Positions 1 through 9,235 of a stretch of 52,771 bases of DNA are shown here, piece by piece. Source of the stretch: an uncultured Piscirickettsiaceae bacterium (GTDB taxonomy: Bacteria; Pseudomonadota; Gammaproteobacteria; GCF-002020875); NCBI GenBank assembly GCA_964344805.1, contig CAYFOU010000001.1, forward strand, positions 1-52,771, given 5' to 3'. A model generated the notes under the pieces. The model saw only the letters and a program-made list of their open reading frames with translations, was not told the origin of the DNA and made no database searches. Position 1 is the stretch's first letter. The number at the start of each line of letters is the position of its first letter. A program made the translations under genes and the position numbers.

Positions 1-765
1 CAGAGCGAGGCGGTTGCGCTTGCCAATGAGGTGCGGAATGCGGTAGAGCAGGGGAATTTTGAACTCTATCTGCAGCCGCTGCAGGCCAGAGATGATTCCA
101 TATTCAATGGGCCCTACTACAATGGGCCCTACTATGAGGTGCTGCTGCGGATGGAGAGCAGTGGTGGGGAGGTGGTGAGTCCGGCAGCATTCATCCCCAA
201 TAGCGAGCGCTTTGATCTGATGCCGGAGCTGGACCGCTGGGTGATTCGCCGTGCCTTCCATACCCTGCACGATCTGGGTGATCAGGTGGCGGGGCACCGT
301 TATGCCATCAATATCTCTGGTAACACACTGGTTGGAGAGGGGTTTGGTCTATTTGTCCGTGACCAGTTGGCAGCCTATCGGGTTGACCCAACGGTCATTG
401 AATTTGAGGTCTCCGAGTCGGTTGCCAATGCACAGTTGACGGTACTGCAGCAGTTTATTGCCGAGATGCATGAGCTGGGTGTACGGGTTGCCATTGATGA
501 TTATGGCAGTGTCGATACTTCCTTTACCAGCCTGCAGAAGCTGCCGGCAGATATGATCAAGATTGATCGTCGTCTGATTCAGGGGATTATCCATAACCCG
601 GTGGAACGGGCGATTGTGGAGTCGATTCAGCGCATCACCGGAGTGTTGGGGATGGAGTGTGGTGCGGTCTCTGTAGAGAATGAGGAGACAGCGCTTGAAG
701 TGAGCAAGATGGGCATTCACTATCAGCAGGGATTCCATATTGGCAGGCCGGAGCCGTGGGCATGA
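1..765 (+). CDS. EAL-domain c-di-GMP phosphodiesterase, C-terminal part (5' end lies outside the window)
   Basis: Frame 1 is open from nt 1. The translation carries EAL-family blocks EVLLRM, NISGN, EFEVSE, DDYGS, KIDR and QGFHIGRP. The stop TGA 763-765 overlaps the next ATG (ATGA). Confidence 0.85.
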   Translation, partial: QSEAVALANEVRNAVEQGNFELYLQPLQARDDSIFNGPYYNGPYYEVLLRMESSGGEVVSPAAFIPNSERFDLMPELDRWVIRRAFHTLHDLGDQVAGHRYAINISGNTLVGEGFGLFVRDQLAAYRVDPTVIEFEVSESVANAQLTVLQQFIAEMHELGVRVAIDDYGSVDTSFTSLQKLPADMIKIDRRLIQGIIHNPVERAIVESIQRITGVLGMECGAVSVENEETALEVSKMGIHYQQGFHIGRPEPWA

Positions 766-1916
766 ACCCGGTGCTGAAGGGTTACTCTTCGCTGGAGAAT
801 GGCACTGAGGCGTTGAGTGAGGCGATTGTCTCCTGGGACAGGGAGGCACGCATGGCGGTCAATTTCCTCTTGGTCTACCACTCCTCTCGCCAGTCGGCAG
901 AGGAGGTTGCAGCAGCGCTCGGCATCTATTTTCCCGATATTCCATCTGCCGGGTGTTCGACCGCAGGTGAGTTTCTGGATGGGGAGCGTCATGAAGGCTC
1001 TCTGGTGATATTCGGTTTTGTTACACCCGAGGTGGCGTGGCAGGTAGTTGCTGTTCCGAAGGTGGAGCAGTTTGTGCCGACCGATGCTCAACTGGTTGTG
1101 GAGCAGTTGCTGAAGCAGATGGGAGACCGCCGTCAGGATCTCAATGCGGAGCAGCACTTCTGTATGGTGTTGCAGGATGGGCTGGGAAAACGGGAGGAGT
1201 TATTGACCGCATCCCTGGCGATGGAGCTGGGGAGTGAACGGGGTGGTGTGCCGCTGATTGGAGGGTCTGCAGGGGATGACCTGAAGTTTGAGCACACCTG
1301 GCAGATTGTCAATGGCAAGGCCTACCAGGGGGGGGCGGCAGTGATCCTGGGAAAGAGCAGGGTTCCCTACCACCTGATTAAGCATCAGCACTATGTGCCT
1401 GCAGGAGATCATGATTTTGTAGTGACCTATGCCGATGTCGATCAGCGTCGGGTCTATACGCTCAACGGCATGCCGGCTGTGGACGAGTTTGCCCGTGCGA
1501 TTGGAGAGACGCCGGAGTCGCTGAGCAACCGTAGTTATGGCAAATATCCACTGATCTATCAGGAGCGTGGAGAGTACTACGTACGTTCAATCCAGAAGGT
1601 GGAGGAGGATCGCTCCCTGACCTTCTATTGTGCGATAGAGGAGGGGGCACTGCTTGATCTGGGGCGGCATCAGTCTCCGAATCAAGTGTTGAAAGAGGAT
1701 CTTGCACGATTACGGGAGAAGGCGGGAGAACTCTCCTTGATGCTGGTGTTTAGCTGTATACTCTGCAAATTGGAGCTGCAGGGGGATGACCATTGGGGAG
1801 CGCTGTTGCATGAGGCCTCACCCAATGTGATCGGATTTGATACCTACGGTGAACAGCTGAATGGCCTGCATATCAACCAAACCCTTGTGGCAATCGCCTT
1901 TGGAGCTATGGAATGA
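762..1916 (+). CDS. FIST-domain signal transduction protein
   Basis: Long ORF (track 756..1916, 386 aa). Its size and C-terminal block IGFDTYGEQLNGLHINQTLV fit the FIST_N/FIST_C architecture. ATG 762 overlaps the upstream stop; GTG 756 is an alternative start. Confidence 0.7.
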   Translation: MNPVLKGYSSLENGTEALSEAIVSWDREARMAVNFLLVYHSSRQSAEEVAAALGIYFPDIPSAGCSTAGEFLDGERHEGSLVIFGFVTPEVAWQVVAVPKVEQFVPTDAQLVVEQLLKQMGDRRQDLNAEQHFCMVLQDGLGKREELLTASLAMELGSERGGVPLIGGSAGDDLKFEHTWQIVNGKAYQGGAAVILGKSRVPYHLIKHQHYVPAGDHDFVVTYADVDQRRVYTLNGMPAVDEFARAIGETPESLSNRSYGKYPLIYQERGEYYVRSIQKVEEDRSLTFYCAIEEGALLDLGRHQSPNQVLKEDLARLREKAGELSLMLVFSCILCKLELQGDDHWGALLHEASPNVIGFDTYGEQLNGLHINQTLVAIAFGAME

Positions 1917-3349
1917 GTCTGACCCTACAACAGGCTGAAGAGAAGATTGCGGCACTGGAGCATACCAATGTGGTGCTCAAGGAGCGTCTGCGCGCCTATC
2001 AGGAGGATGAGGGGACAGAGCACTCCGTTGTGCGCAGCCATCTGGGGCAGTTGCAGCAGCAGTTGCAAGAGGTGCGGGAGCGTGAAGAGGAGTACAAGCA
2101 GCTGACCGACTCGTTGCGTGAGGCCAACTCCTATACCAAAAGTATTCTCGACTCCATTACCGAGGCGCTGTTTATTACCTCCAGTGAGGGTTTTATCGAA
2201 CAGGTGAACCCGGCAGCAGGGCTCCTGCTTGGGTATGAGGTTGAAGAGATGATCGGCAAGAGTATTGCTGCGCTCTTTGTGGAGGAGGAGGCTGAAGGCG
2301 ATGACTTCTTCTTCTCGGTGGATACCCCACTGGATCAATTGATCCGTACCGGCAAGGGGGAGAAGATCGAGCAACTGATGTTGGCGGCCGATGGCAGTGA
2401 GATTCCGGTGATGATCTCGGGTGAGGTGGCGCAACCGACCGAGCATGATCGCTATATCGTGGTGGCTGCGCAGGATATGCGTGAGCGCAAGCGGATGGAG
2501 GAGGAGGCGCAATACAACGCCTTCCAGTCCGGTGTGGCGGAGATGAGTACCACCATTCTGCATAATATCGGTAATGCGGTAACCGGGCTCTATGGCAGCT
2601 CCACCCGTATCATCAAGCAGGGTGAGAATATTCGCAAGGTCTCTTCCATGTTGCGTGAATCGGGCAAGAAGATTGTTCCCGAGCTGGAGAAGCTGGAGTG
2701 TACTGAAGGGAGTCTGATCAGCAATGTTCCGACGTTGCTGGACCGCTCCGGTGAGCTATTGGAGAAGATGATTGTTGAAGAGATCATCCCCAGTGCGGAG
2801 TCGATTGAGGAGGGGGTCAACCATATCTCCGAGATCATCCGCATCCAGAAGAGTTCTGCGGCGATGACCCACACCATGACCACCTTCCGTCTCAGTGAAT
2901 TGATGCAGAACATCATGGTGATGCAGCAGGAGATGATGGACAAGGAGCATATTGCTATCGTGATGGATCTGGATCAGGTGCCGGGCAAGTTGCACCTGCC
3001 GCGTAATCAGCTGATCCAGCTGCTGCTCAATCTGCTGAAGAACAGTCGTGAGGCGGTACTGGAGCGGATGCAGAAGGAGTCTATGGAGGGACACATTGAT
3101 GTGGTCGCCCGCAAGCTTGATGACAAGCAGTTCCAGCTCTGTGTGATCGATAATGGTTGCGGTATTCCTCCCGATAATCTGCCCAAACTCTTCAACCATG
3201 GTTTCACCACCAAGGTAGAGGGGAGTGGATTCGGTCTCCACTCTGCAGCCAACTTCATCAACAAGCTGGGGGGCAAGATGACGGTCGAGAGTGAGGGCAT
3301 CAATCACGGTGCCAAGATCTGTTTCCGATTGCCGTTTCGAGTAGAGTAA
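1913..3349 (+). CDS. cytoplasmic PAS-domain sensor histidine kinase
   Basis: N-terminal coiled coil, PAS-like block, H-box ILHNIGNAVTG, N-box LLNLLKNSREA, G1 DNGCGI, G2 GSGFGLHS. No TM segment. ATGA overlap with the FIST stop. Confidence 0.85.
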   Translation: MSLTLQQAEEKIAALEHTNVVLKERLRAYQEDEGTEHSVVRSHLGQLQQQLQEVREREEEYKQLTDSLREANSYTKSILDSITEALFITSSEGFIEQVNPAAGLLLGYEVEEMIGKSIAALFVEEEAEGDDFFFSVDTPLDQLIRTGKGEKIEQLMLAADGSEIPVMISGEVAQPTEHDRYIVVAAQDMRERKRMEEEAQYNAFQSGVAEMSTTILHNIGNAVTGLYGSSTRIIKQGENIRKVSSMLRESGKKIVPELEKLECTEGSLISNVPTLLDRSGELLEKMIVEEIIPSAESIEEGVNHISEIIRIQKSSAAMTHTMTTFRLSELMQNIMVMQQEMMDKEHIAIVMDLDQVPGKLHLPRNQLIQLLLNLLKNSREAVLERMQKESMEGHIDVVARKLDDKQFQLCVIDNGCGIPPDNLPKLFNHGFTTKVEGSGFGLHSAANFINKLGGKMTVESEGINHGAKICFRLPFRVE

Positions 3350-3355
3350 CTGCTC

Positions 3356-5209
3356 ATGAGTGAGGAACTACACGACATCAATAATCGGGTACTGGTTATT
3401 GATGATGAGCGCTCCATTCTCGATATCTATCTTGAATTTCTTGCCCCGGAAATATCCGAGCTGGATGAGCTTTCGGAACTGATGGGGGAGGCTCCCAAGC
3501 CTGAACCGGGAGGTATTCAGGAGTTTGAGGTAACTACCGCGTTACAGGGTCAGGAGGCACTGGCCTGTGTACATCAGGCGCTGGATGCGGGGCGTCCTTA
3601 TGCGGTGGCCTTTATTGATGTGCGCATGCCTCCGGGGTGGGATGGGGTGGAGACCGCTCGTCGTATTCGTGAGGTGGATGATGATATCCATGTGGTCTTT
3701 GTCACCGCCTATTCGGATCGCTCTGTCGATGAGATGCAGGAGATCCTGAAGAAGAATACGATGCTGCTGACCAAGCCATTCAATGGTGAAGGGGTGGTGC
3801 AAATGGCACGTACTCTCTGCATCAGCTGGACACGGGAGCGGCAGCGGGTTGAGGCGGAGAAGCAGTTGCGTTATCTCTCGCGCCAGCTGGAGTATCAGGC
3901 CAGCCATGACCAACTGACCGGGTTGGCCAACCGCCGTGCCTTCTTTCGTGCAGTGGATGAGTTGCTGGAGGAGCTGGAGCATAGCGATCGTGAGTATGCG
4001 CTGCTCTATCTCGATCTGGATCAATTCAAGGTGGTCAATGATACCTGTGGACACTATGCAGGGGATGAGATGTTGCAGGAACTTTCCAGTCTGTTGCAGA
4101 CGATCATGGGGGAGCATGATCTGTTGGCCCGCCTGGGAGGAGATGAGTTTGGCATTCTCTCAACAGGACGAGACAATCACTCTGCGGAGATCTTTGGGGA
4201 GTCGATCATCCAGGTAATCAATGGGTATCGTTTCCATTTTGGTGATATGGAGTTTGCGATTGGGGCCAGTATTGGTATTGTCGCTTTCAATAGAACTCAC
4301 CCCTACAACCGTCATGAGCTGGTGCAGTTTGCCGATATGGCCTGCTATGAATCAAAGGACCGGGGGCGTAACCAGCTTTTCTTCTACAATGATGAACATG
4401 GAGCGACCGAGCAGCGCTGTAACGAGATGGCGATTGTGGGTATGGTCAGCCGTGCCTTCAAGGAGAACCGTTTCCGCCTCTATGCGCAGCCGATTGTGCC
4501 GCTGACCGGTGTTCATTATGAACGGAAGGGGCAGGCTGTAGAGCACTATGAGGTGTTGATTCGAATGCTCAACCCGGATGGAGAGGTGGTCTCTCCAGAT
4601 GTCTTTATCCCCGCCAGTGAGCATTATGGGTTGATGCCGCAGATGGATCGTTGGGTGCTGTCCAAGGTGTTTGAAACCCTGCAACGCAGGAAGCAGCAGC
4701 ACCCGGATGCCTCACAGATTGCGCTGGGGGTCAATCTGTCGGGAATCTCGGTGATGGAAGAGGATCTCAATAGCTATATCTATGAGCGAATGAGCCACTA
4801 TCAGATTGATCCAAACAGTGTCTATTTTGAGGTGACGGAGACGGCGGCGATTCATCGAATCAACAAGGCGAAGAACTTTATCGAGGAGATGAAGGAGCTG
4901 GGATTCCGTTTTGCTCTTGATGACTTTGGCTCTGGTATGGCCTCGTTCTCTTACTTGAAGTCACTGCCGGTTGATTACCTGAAGATTGATGGGCAGTTTG
5001 TGGTAGGGCTGGTAGAGAACCGGATTGATCGGGCGATGGTGGAGGCGATGCAGAGTGTATCGATGGTGATGGGGATGGAGTCGATTGCTGAGTTTGTAGA
5101 GGATGAGCGGGTACTCTCTGATCTGCACAAGATCGGTGTAAATTATGCACAAGGCTTCTTCTTCGATGAGCCGAAACCACTGGATGAGGTGCTGGGGATT
5201 GAGCCCTGA
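3356..5209 (+). CDS. response regulator with REC-GGDEF-EAL architecture (c-di-GMP turnover)
   Basis: REC block VLVIDDERSI...FIDVRMPPGWDG...KPF. GGDEF block RLGGDEFG. EAL blocks EVLIRM, NLSG, YFEVTE, DDFGSG, KIDG, QGFFF. Confidence 0.9.
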   Translation: MSEELHDINNRVLVIDDERSILDIYLEFLAPEISELDELSELMGEAPKPEPGGIQEFEVTTALQGQEALACVHQALDAGRPYAVAFIDVRMPPGWDGVETARRIREVDDDIHVVFVTAYSDRSVDEMQEILKKNTMLLTKPFNGEGVVQMARTLCISWTRERQRVEAEKQLRYLSRQLEYQASHDQLTGLANRRAFFRAVDELLEELEHSDREYALLYLDLDQFKVVNDTCGHYAGDEMLQELSSLLQTIMGEHDLLARLGGDEFGILSTGRDNHSAEIFGESIIQVINGYRFHFGDMEFAIGASIGIVAFNRTHPYNRHELVQFADMACYESKDRGRNQLFFYNDEHGATEQRCNEMAIVGMVSRAFKENRFRLYAQPIVPLTGVHYERKGQAVEHYEVLIRMLNPDGEVVSPDVFIPASEHYGLMPQMDRWVLSKVFETLQRRKQQHPDASQIALGVNLSGISVMEEDLNSYIYERMSHYQIDPNSVYFEVTETAAIHRINKAKNFIEEMKELGFRFALDDFGSGMASFSYLKSLPVDYLKIDGQFVVGLVENRIDRAMVEAMQSVSMVMGMESIAEFVEDERVLSDLHKIGVNYAQGFFFDEPKPLDEVLGIEP

Positions 5210-5211
5210 CG

Positions 5212-6456
5212 TCAGGTAATTCGGCCACGCATCTCTACCGCTTCGGCAACCCGGTTGATGGCAAGCATGAAGGCGGCCGTGCGGTAGGAGAGCTCCCGCC
5301 TGGAGTGGGCCAGGGCGGCCATCTCATAGAAGCTGTCGACCAGTTTCTTCTCCAGCTTGCGGTTGATCTCCTCTGCCTCCCAGTAGTGGTGCTGCAGGTT
5401 CTGCACCCACTCGTAGTAGGAGACGATGACACCGCCCGCATTGGCGAGGATGTCGGGAATGACCGGAATATTCTTCTTCCACAGAATGTTATCGGCGGTT
5501 GGGGTGGTAGGGCCATTGGCCCCTTCGATGATCACCTTGCAGTTGAGGCAGTCGGCATTCATCTTGTGGATTACACCGCCCAGTGCGGCAGGGATCAGGA
5601 AGTCGCACTCCAGACAGAGCATCGCTTCATTGCTGATCGGCTCCCCCTGACTGGCGTTGTGAATACAGCCACTACCGCTGCAGTGCTCTACCAGTGCATG
5701 GACATCAATGCCGTTTGGATTGTAGATACCGCCGTTGGCATCACTCACCGCAATGATCTTGCAGCCATAGGCATAGAGGGTCTGTGCGGCCCAGCTCCCC
5801 ACGTTGCCAAATCCCTGGATCACTACAGTGGCTCCCTCCAGCGGCATGTTGCGGTATTTGGCGGTCTCCCTGAGGGTAATGGATACCCCAACGCCGGTTG
5901 CCGCCTCACGCCCCTGTGAGCCGCCCAGACTGATGGGCTTGCCGGTAACGATGCCGGGGCTATAGCCATGGAGCTGACTATACTCATCCATGATCCAGGC
6001 CATGATCTGGGCATTGGTGTTGACGTCTGGTGCCGGGATGTCGGCATGGGTCCCAATGACCGGTTCAATGGCGCGAATAAAGGAGCGGGTCAGCTGTTCC
6101 AGCTCACGGGAGCTCAGCTCATTGGGGTCCACCTGAATGCCACCCTTGGCACCGCCAAAGGGGACATTGACCAGCGCGGTCTTGAAGGTCATCAGGGAGG
6201 CCAGTGCCCGCACCTCATCGGTATCGACCTGTGGGTGGAAACGCAGCCCTCCCTTGAAGGGGCCGCGTGCATCGTTGTGCTGGATACGGTAGCCACGCAG
6301 TACACGCAGTGAACCGTCGTCCTTGATCAATGGCAATTCAACGCTTAGTTCGCGATCTGGATATTTAAGCAGTGATGCAAGATTCTCATCCAGCCCCAGC
6401 TCACCGCTGGCGCGATCAAACTGGTCACAATAGGCCTTAAAATTGTTGATTTCCAT
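5212..6456 (-). CDS. gdhA: NAD(P)-dependent glutamate dehydrogenase
   Basis: 414 aa with Glu/Leu/Phe/Val dehydrogenase signatures KGGLRFHP and VPFGGAKGG, and a Rossmann motif GFGNVG. Confidence 0.9.
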   Translation of the reverse strand: MEINNFKAYCDQFDRASGELGLDENLASLLKYPDRELSVELPLIKDDGSLRVLRGYRIQHNDARGPFKGGLRFHPQVDTDEVRALASLMTFKTALVNVPFGGAKGGIQVDPNELSSRELEQLTRSFIRAIEPVIGTHADIPAPDVNTNAQIMAWIMDEYSQLHGYSPGIVTGKPISLGGSQGREAATGVGVSITLRETAKYRNMPLEGATVVIQGFGNVGSWAAQTLYAYGCKIIAVSDANGGIYNPNGIDVHALVEHCSGSGCIHNASQGEPISNEAMLCLECDFLIPAALGGVIHKMNADCLNCKVIIEGANGPTTPTADNILWKKNIPVIPDILANAGGVIVSYYEWVQNLQHHYWEAEEINRKLEKKLVDSFYEMAALAHSRRELSYRTAAFMLAINRVAEAVEMRGRIT

Positions 6457-6516
6457 CAGCGACTCCAGTGTTGAAAGGTTGTACCGGATAGTAGCACTTT
6501 CGATAGAAAAGTCTTG

Positions 6517-6699
6517 TTACTTTTTGGCTGGACGTGGTTTCGGGGTGAATAGCATGCAGGGACGCCCATCGGCCTGCAGTATCTCTGTGGATGGCATCTG
6601 TGAGGTCTTGATGCCATAGGCGCGGCAGCCGCGTGGGAAGGCCCGTTCCCAGGTGGTAAAGAAGTGTTGGCACTGAAAACAGTCGGGTTGTTTGCTCAT
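6517..6699 (-). CDS. small conserved-looking Cys-rich protein (about 60 aa), function unknown
   Basis: Internal ATG at 6699 gives MSKQPDCFQCQHFF...GCRAYG...RPCMLF with 4 Cys and a basic tail. The longer ORF to 6804 would overlap the divergent kinase start. Confidence 0.45.
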   Translation of the reverse strand: MSKQPDCFQCQHFFTTWERAFPRGCRAYGIKTSQMPSTEILQADGRPCMLFTPKPRPAKK

Positions 6700-6791
6700 G
6701 GTTATGAATAGTGAATCTGTATATGGTTCTGTGAGTCTATGCTCTGTTATCCTTATTCTAAACCGATGAACCAAGGGGATATAGGGGAGAA

Positions 6792-9164
6792 GTGTTTGTG
6801 ACATTACGAGGCAAGCTCTATGCCGGATTTGGGGTGATGCTGCTGCTGTTGCTGGCGCAGAGTCTCTTTTCCGGTTACCTGTTCCGGGAGAGCCGGGACC
6901 TGGGAGAGTCGGTCAACCGGCAGCAGTTACCACAGGTGATGGAGGTAATTACCCTGCGGGAGCTGCTCTATCAGGCCCAGAGCAGTCTGAATGGATGGGT
7001 GCTCTCCGGGCAGCAACCGTTCCAGCAGCAGTACCGGCGGTATTGGGAAGGGATTGAGGCGAGACTGGAGCGCGTTGGGGATGATGTATTGAAGGGGCGG
7101 GTGGTGCAGTTGCGCCAGTTGCAGGATGAGGTGATGGCGCTGGCTCATACCCTGGAAAGTCTGCCTGCATCCCGTTTGATGCAGCAGGGGTTGATGCCAC
7201 ATATCGAGGAGATTCAGGAAGCAGCCCAACGTCTCACTTTTCTGGAGGAGCGGAGGGGGCAGGGAGAGAAGGATCCGATGCAGATACGGCGCAGTAATGC
7301 GCGGATCCATCTGCTGTCGACGTTGCAGCGCTCCTTTTCCGAGTCAGTTGCGGTGCTCAATACCGTTTTGCTGGATGGAGATCCGCTTGCTCAGGCACGC
7401 TTCACCAGGCTGTGGCGTGAGAATGAGGAGGTTTGGACTGCACTGAATGGTGTCAATCTGAACCAGCAACAGCTGGAGAGTCTGGAGCGTATTCGTGCAG
7501 TACGGGATCTCTTCCTGCGAGATGCTGCTGAGATCATCAAGATCCGCACGGGAGAGAAGTGGGATTTGGCGGCGTGGCGAGTCAGTCATGAGGTGTTGCC
7601 AGCGGTTGAGCAGGTGATTGCAAGCGTCAGCAAGTTGATCGAGGAGCGTACCCGTCAACTGAATGAGGGGTTCGTCTATCAATCCGAGATGATGGGGGAT
7701 GGTACCCGACTGGTCTGGCTCTTCCTGTTGGTTGCATTGGTGGTGACGGCACTGACGGCACGTGCGGTGGTTGAAGGGGTGCGCCGACCGATCCAGAAGG
7801 TGGAGCAGGTCTTCAAGGATATCCACGACAAGATCTACCACACTCCGATTGAGGTGGAGAGCAATGATGAGATGGGGGCGTTGCTGGAGGCTCTGAAGGG
7901 AATGCGTGAACAGCTGCTTGCCGCAGAGGTGGAGGAGCAGGAGACCAAGAGTGTGTTGCAGAACCACAAGTTTGCACTCGATCAGGCGGCAATTGTCAGT
8001 GCGACCGGGCTGGATGGAAGGATCAACTACGTCAATCAGCGCATGCTGGACATCACCGGCTACAGGGAGGAGGAGTTGTTGGGACGGAGTCACCGCCTCT
8101 TCAAGTCCGATGTGCATGATGATGCCTTCTTTGAGCATCTGTGGAAGACCATCTCGGCCGGGTTGGTGTGGCGTGGGGAGATCTGTAACCAGACTTGTAC
8201 CGGGCGCAAGATCTGGCTGGATACCACCATTGTTCCGTTCCTTGGTGAAGATCTGTTGCCGTTTCAGTATATGGCGATTCGCCATGATATTACCCTGATC
8301 AAGGAGTCGGAGCAGCGGATTCGTGAGGAGCAGGCGCGTACCATTGAGGCCAACAGCGAGCTGCAGCGTTCGATGCTACAGTTGCAGGAGGCGCAGCATC
8401 AACTGGTTGAGTCGGAGAAGATGGCCTCTCTGGGGGGGCTGGTGGCGGGCGTGGCGCATGAGGTGAACACCCCGTTGGGGATCAGTGTGACTGCAGCCTC
8501 CTTCCTCAAGGATCAGAGTGATCAGATCAGCGGGCTCTACGAGAAGCAGCAGATGAAGCGCTCCGATCTGGAGCAGTATATGAAGCGGGCATCGGAATCC
8601 TCCGGGATTGTGCTGGAGAATCTGAGACGGGCCAGTGCCTTGATCAAGAGCTTTAAGCAGGTGGCGGTGGATCAGTCCAGTAGTGAAGAGCGTCCGTTCC
8701 TGCTGGTGGAGTATATGCACGATATCCTGCGCAGCCTGCAGCCAAAGCTGAAGCGACTTTCCCACAAGATTGTGATTGAGGGGGACGAGGAGCTGGAGGT
8801 GGTGAGTGATCCGGGTGCCTTTGCGCAGGTGATCACCAATCTGGTGATGAATGCAGTGATTCATGGACTCGATGATGACAAGTCGGGCACCATCACCATG
8901 GAGGTGGAGGAGCAGGGAGGGGAGGTGACGTTAATTTTTGCCGATGACGGCAAAGGTGCCCCGGCCGATGTGGTTGAGCATATCTTTGAACCCTTCTTTA
9001 CCACCCGCAGAGGTTCCGGGGGGAGTGGGTTGGGTCTCCATCTGGTCTATAATCTGGTAATTCAACGGCTTGGCGGTGAGATTCAGTGTCAAAGCACGGT
9101 TGGGGAGGGGATGCACTTTACCATCCGTTTCCCACAAAAGCGCCAGGATTCCATAGAGCAGTAG
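6792..9164 (+). CDS. membrane sensor histidine kinase (large helical periplasmic domain-HAMP-PAS-HisKA-HATPase)
   Basis: Two TM segments flank about 275 aa of helical sensor (CHASE3/4HB-like). HAMP, then PAS (INYVNQRMLDITGY...), H-box GVAHEVNTPLG, N-box NLVMNAVIHG, G1 DDGKG, G2 GSGLGLH. GTG start. No cognate regulator is adjacent. Confidence 0.85.
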   Translation: MFVTLRGKLYAGFGVMLLLLLAQSLFSGYLFRESRDLGESVNRQQLPQVMEVITLRELLYQAQSSLNGWVLSGQQPFQQQYRRYWEGIEARLERVGDDVLKGRVVQLRQLQDEVMALAHTLESLPASRLMQQGLMPHIEEIQEAAQRLTFLEERRGQGEKDPMQIRRSNARIHLLSTLQRSFSESVAVLNTVLLDGDPLAQARFTRLWRENEEVWTALNGVNLNQQQLESLERIRAVRDLFLRDAAEIIKIRTGEKWDLAAWRVSHEVLPAVEQVIASVSKLIEERTRQLNEGFVYQSEMMGDGTRLVWLFLLVALVVTALTARAVVEGVRRPIQKVEQVFKDIHDKIYHTPIEVESNDEMGALLEALKGMREQLLAAEVEEQETKSVLQNHKFALDQAAIVSATGLDGRINYVNQRMLDITGYREEELLGRSHRLFKSDVHDDAFFEHLWKTISAGLVWRGEICNQTCTGRKIWLDTTIVPFLGEDLLPFQYMAIRHDITLIKESEQRIREEQARTIEANSELQRSMLQLQEAQHQLVESEKMASLGGLVAGVAHEVNTPLGISVTAASFLKDQSDQISGLYEKQQMKRSDLEQYMKRASESSGIVLENLRRASALIKSFKQVAVDQSSSEERPFLLVEYMHDILRSLQPKLKRLSHKIVIEGDEELEVVSDPGAFAQVITNLVMNAVIHGLDDDKSGTITMEVEEQGGEVTLIFADDGKGAPADVVEHIFEPFFTTRRGSGGSGLGLHLVYNLVIQRLGGEIQCQSTVGEGMHFTIRFPQKRQDSIEQ

Positions 9165-9169
9165 GGAAG

Positions 9170-9184
9170 TGGCACGATCATTGC
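9170..9184 (+). promoter_or_regulatory. sigma54 (-24/-12) promoter
   Basis: TGGCACGATCATTGC matches the consensus TGGCACG-N4-TTGC at every specified position. It lies 52 nt upstream of ATG 9236, in the gap after the kinase stop. Confidence 0.6.
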
Positions 9185-9235
9185 TTTTCTCTTGTCGACT
9201 TGTGAAACAGAGATTTTTTGACAGGAGAAAAAGCC

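Noticed and set aside
5205-5216. Perfect 12-bp palindrome CCTGACGTCAGG containing the convergent stop codons of the REC-GGDEF-EAL gene and gdhA.
   Set aside because: It has no loop and no U-tract, so it is not a terminator. It is most simply a coincidence of two facing TGA codons 2 nt apart. It remains unexplained how the convergent transcripts terminate.
6700-6804. N-terminal 35-codon extension of the small Cys-rich ORF (track call 6517-6804).
   Set aside because: The extension would overlap the divergent kinase start at 6792 and reads through the AT-rich promoter-like spacer. The internal ATG at 6699 gives a compact Cys-rich product.
7344-8285. Long antisense ORFs opposite real genes: 7344-8285, 15425-16471, 20485-21300, 28690-29649, 30679-31491 and 44405-45235, all on the minus strand.
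   Set aside because: Each lies entirely inside a gene with clear family motifs on the other strand. Their translations are low-complexity (Leu/Arg/His/Gln-rich) with no recognisable domains or RBS. These are typical shadow ORFs of moderately GC-rich DNA.
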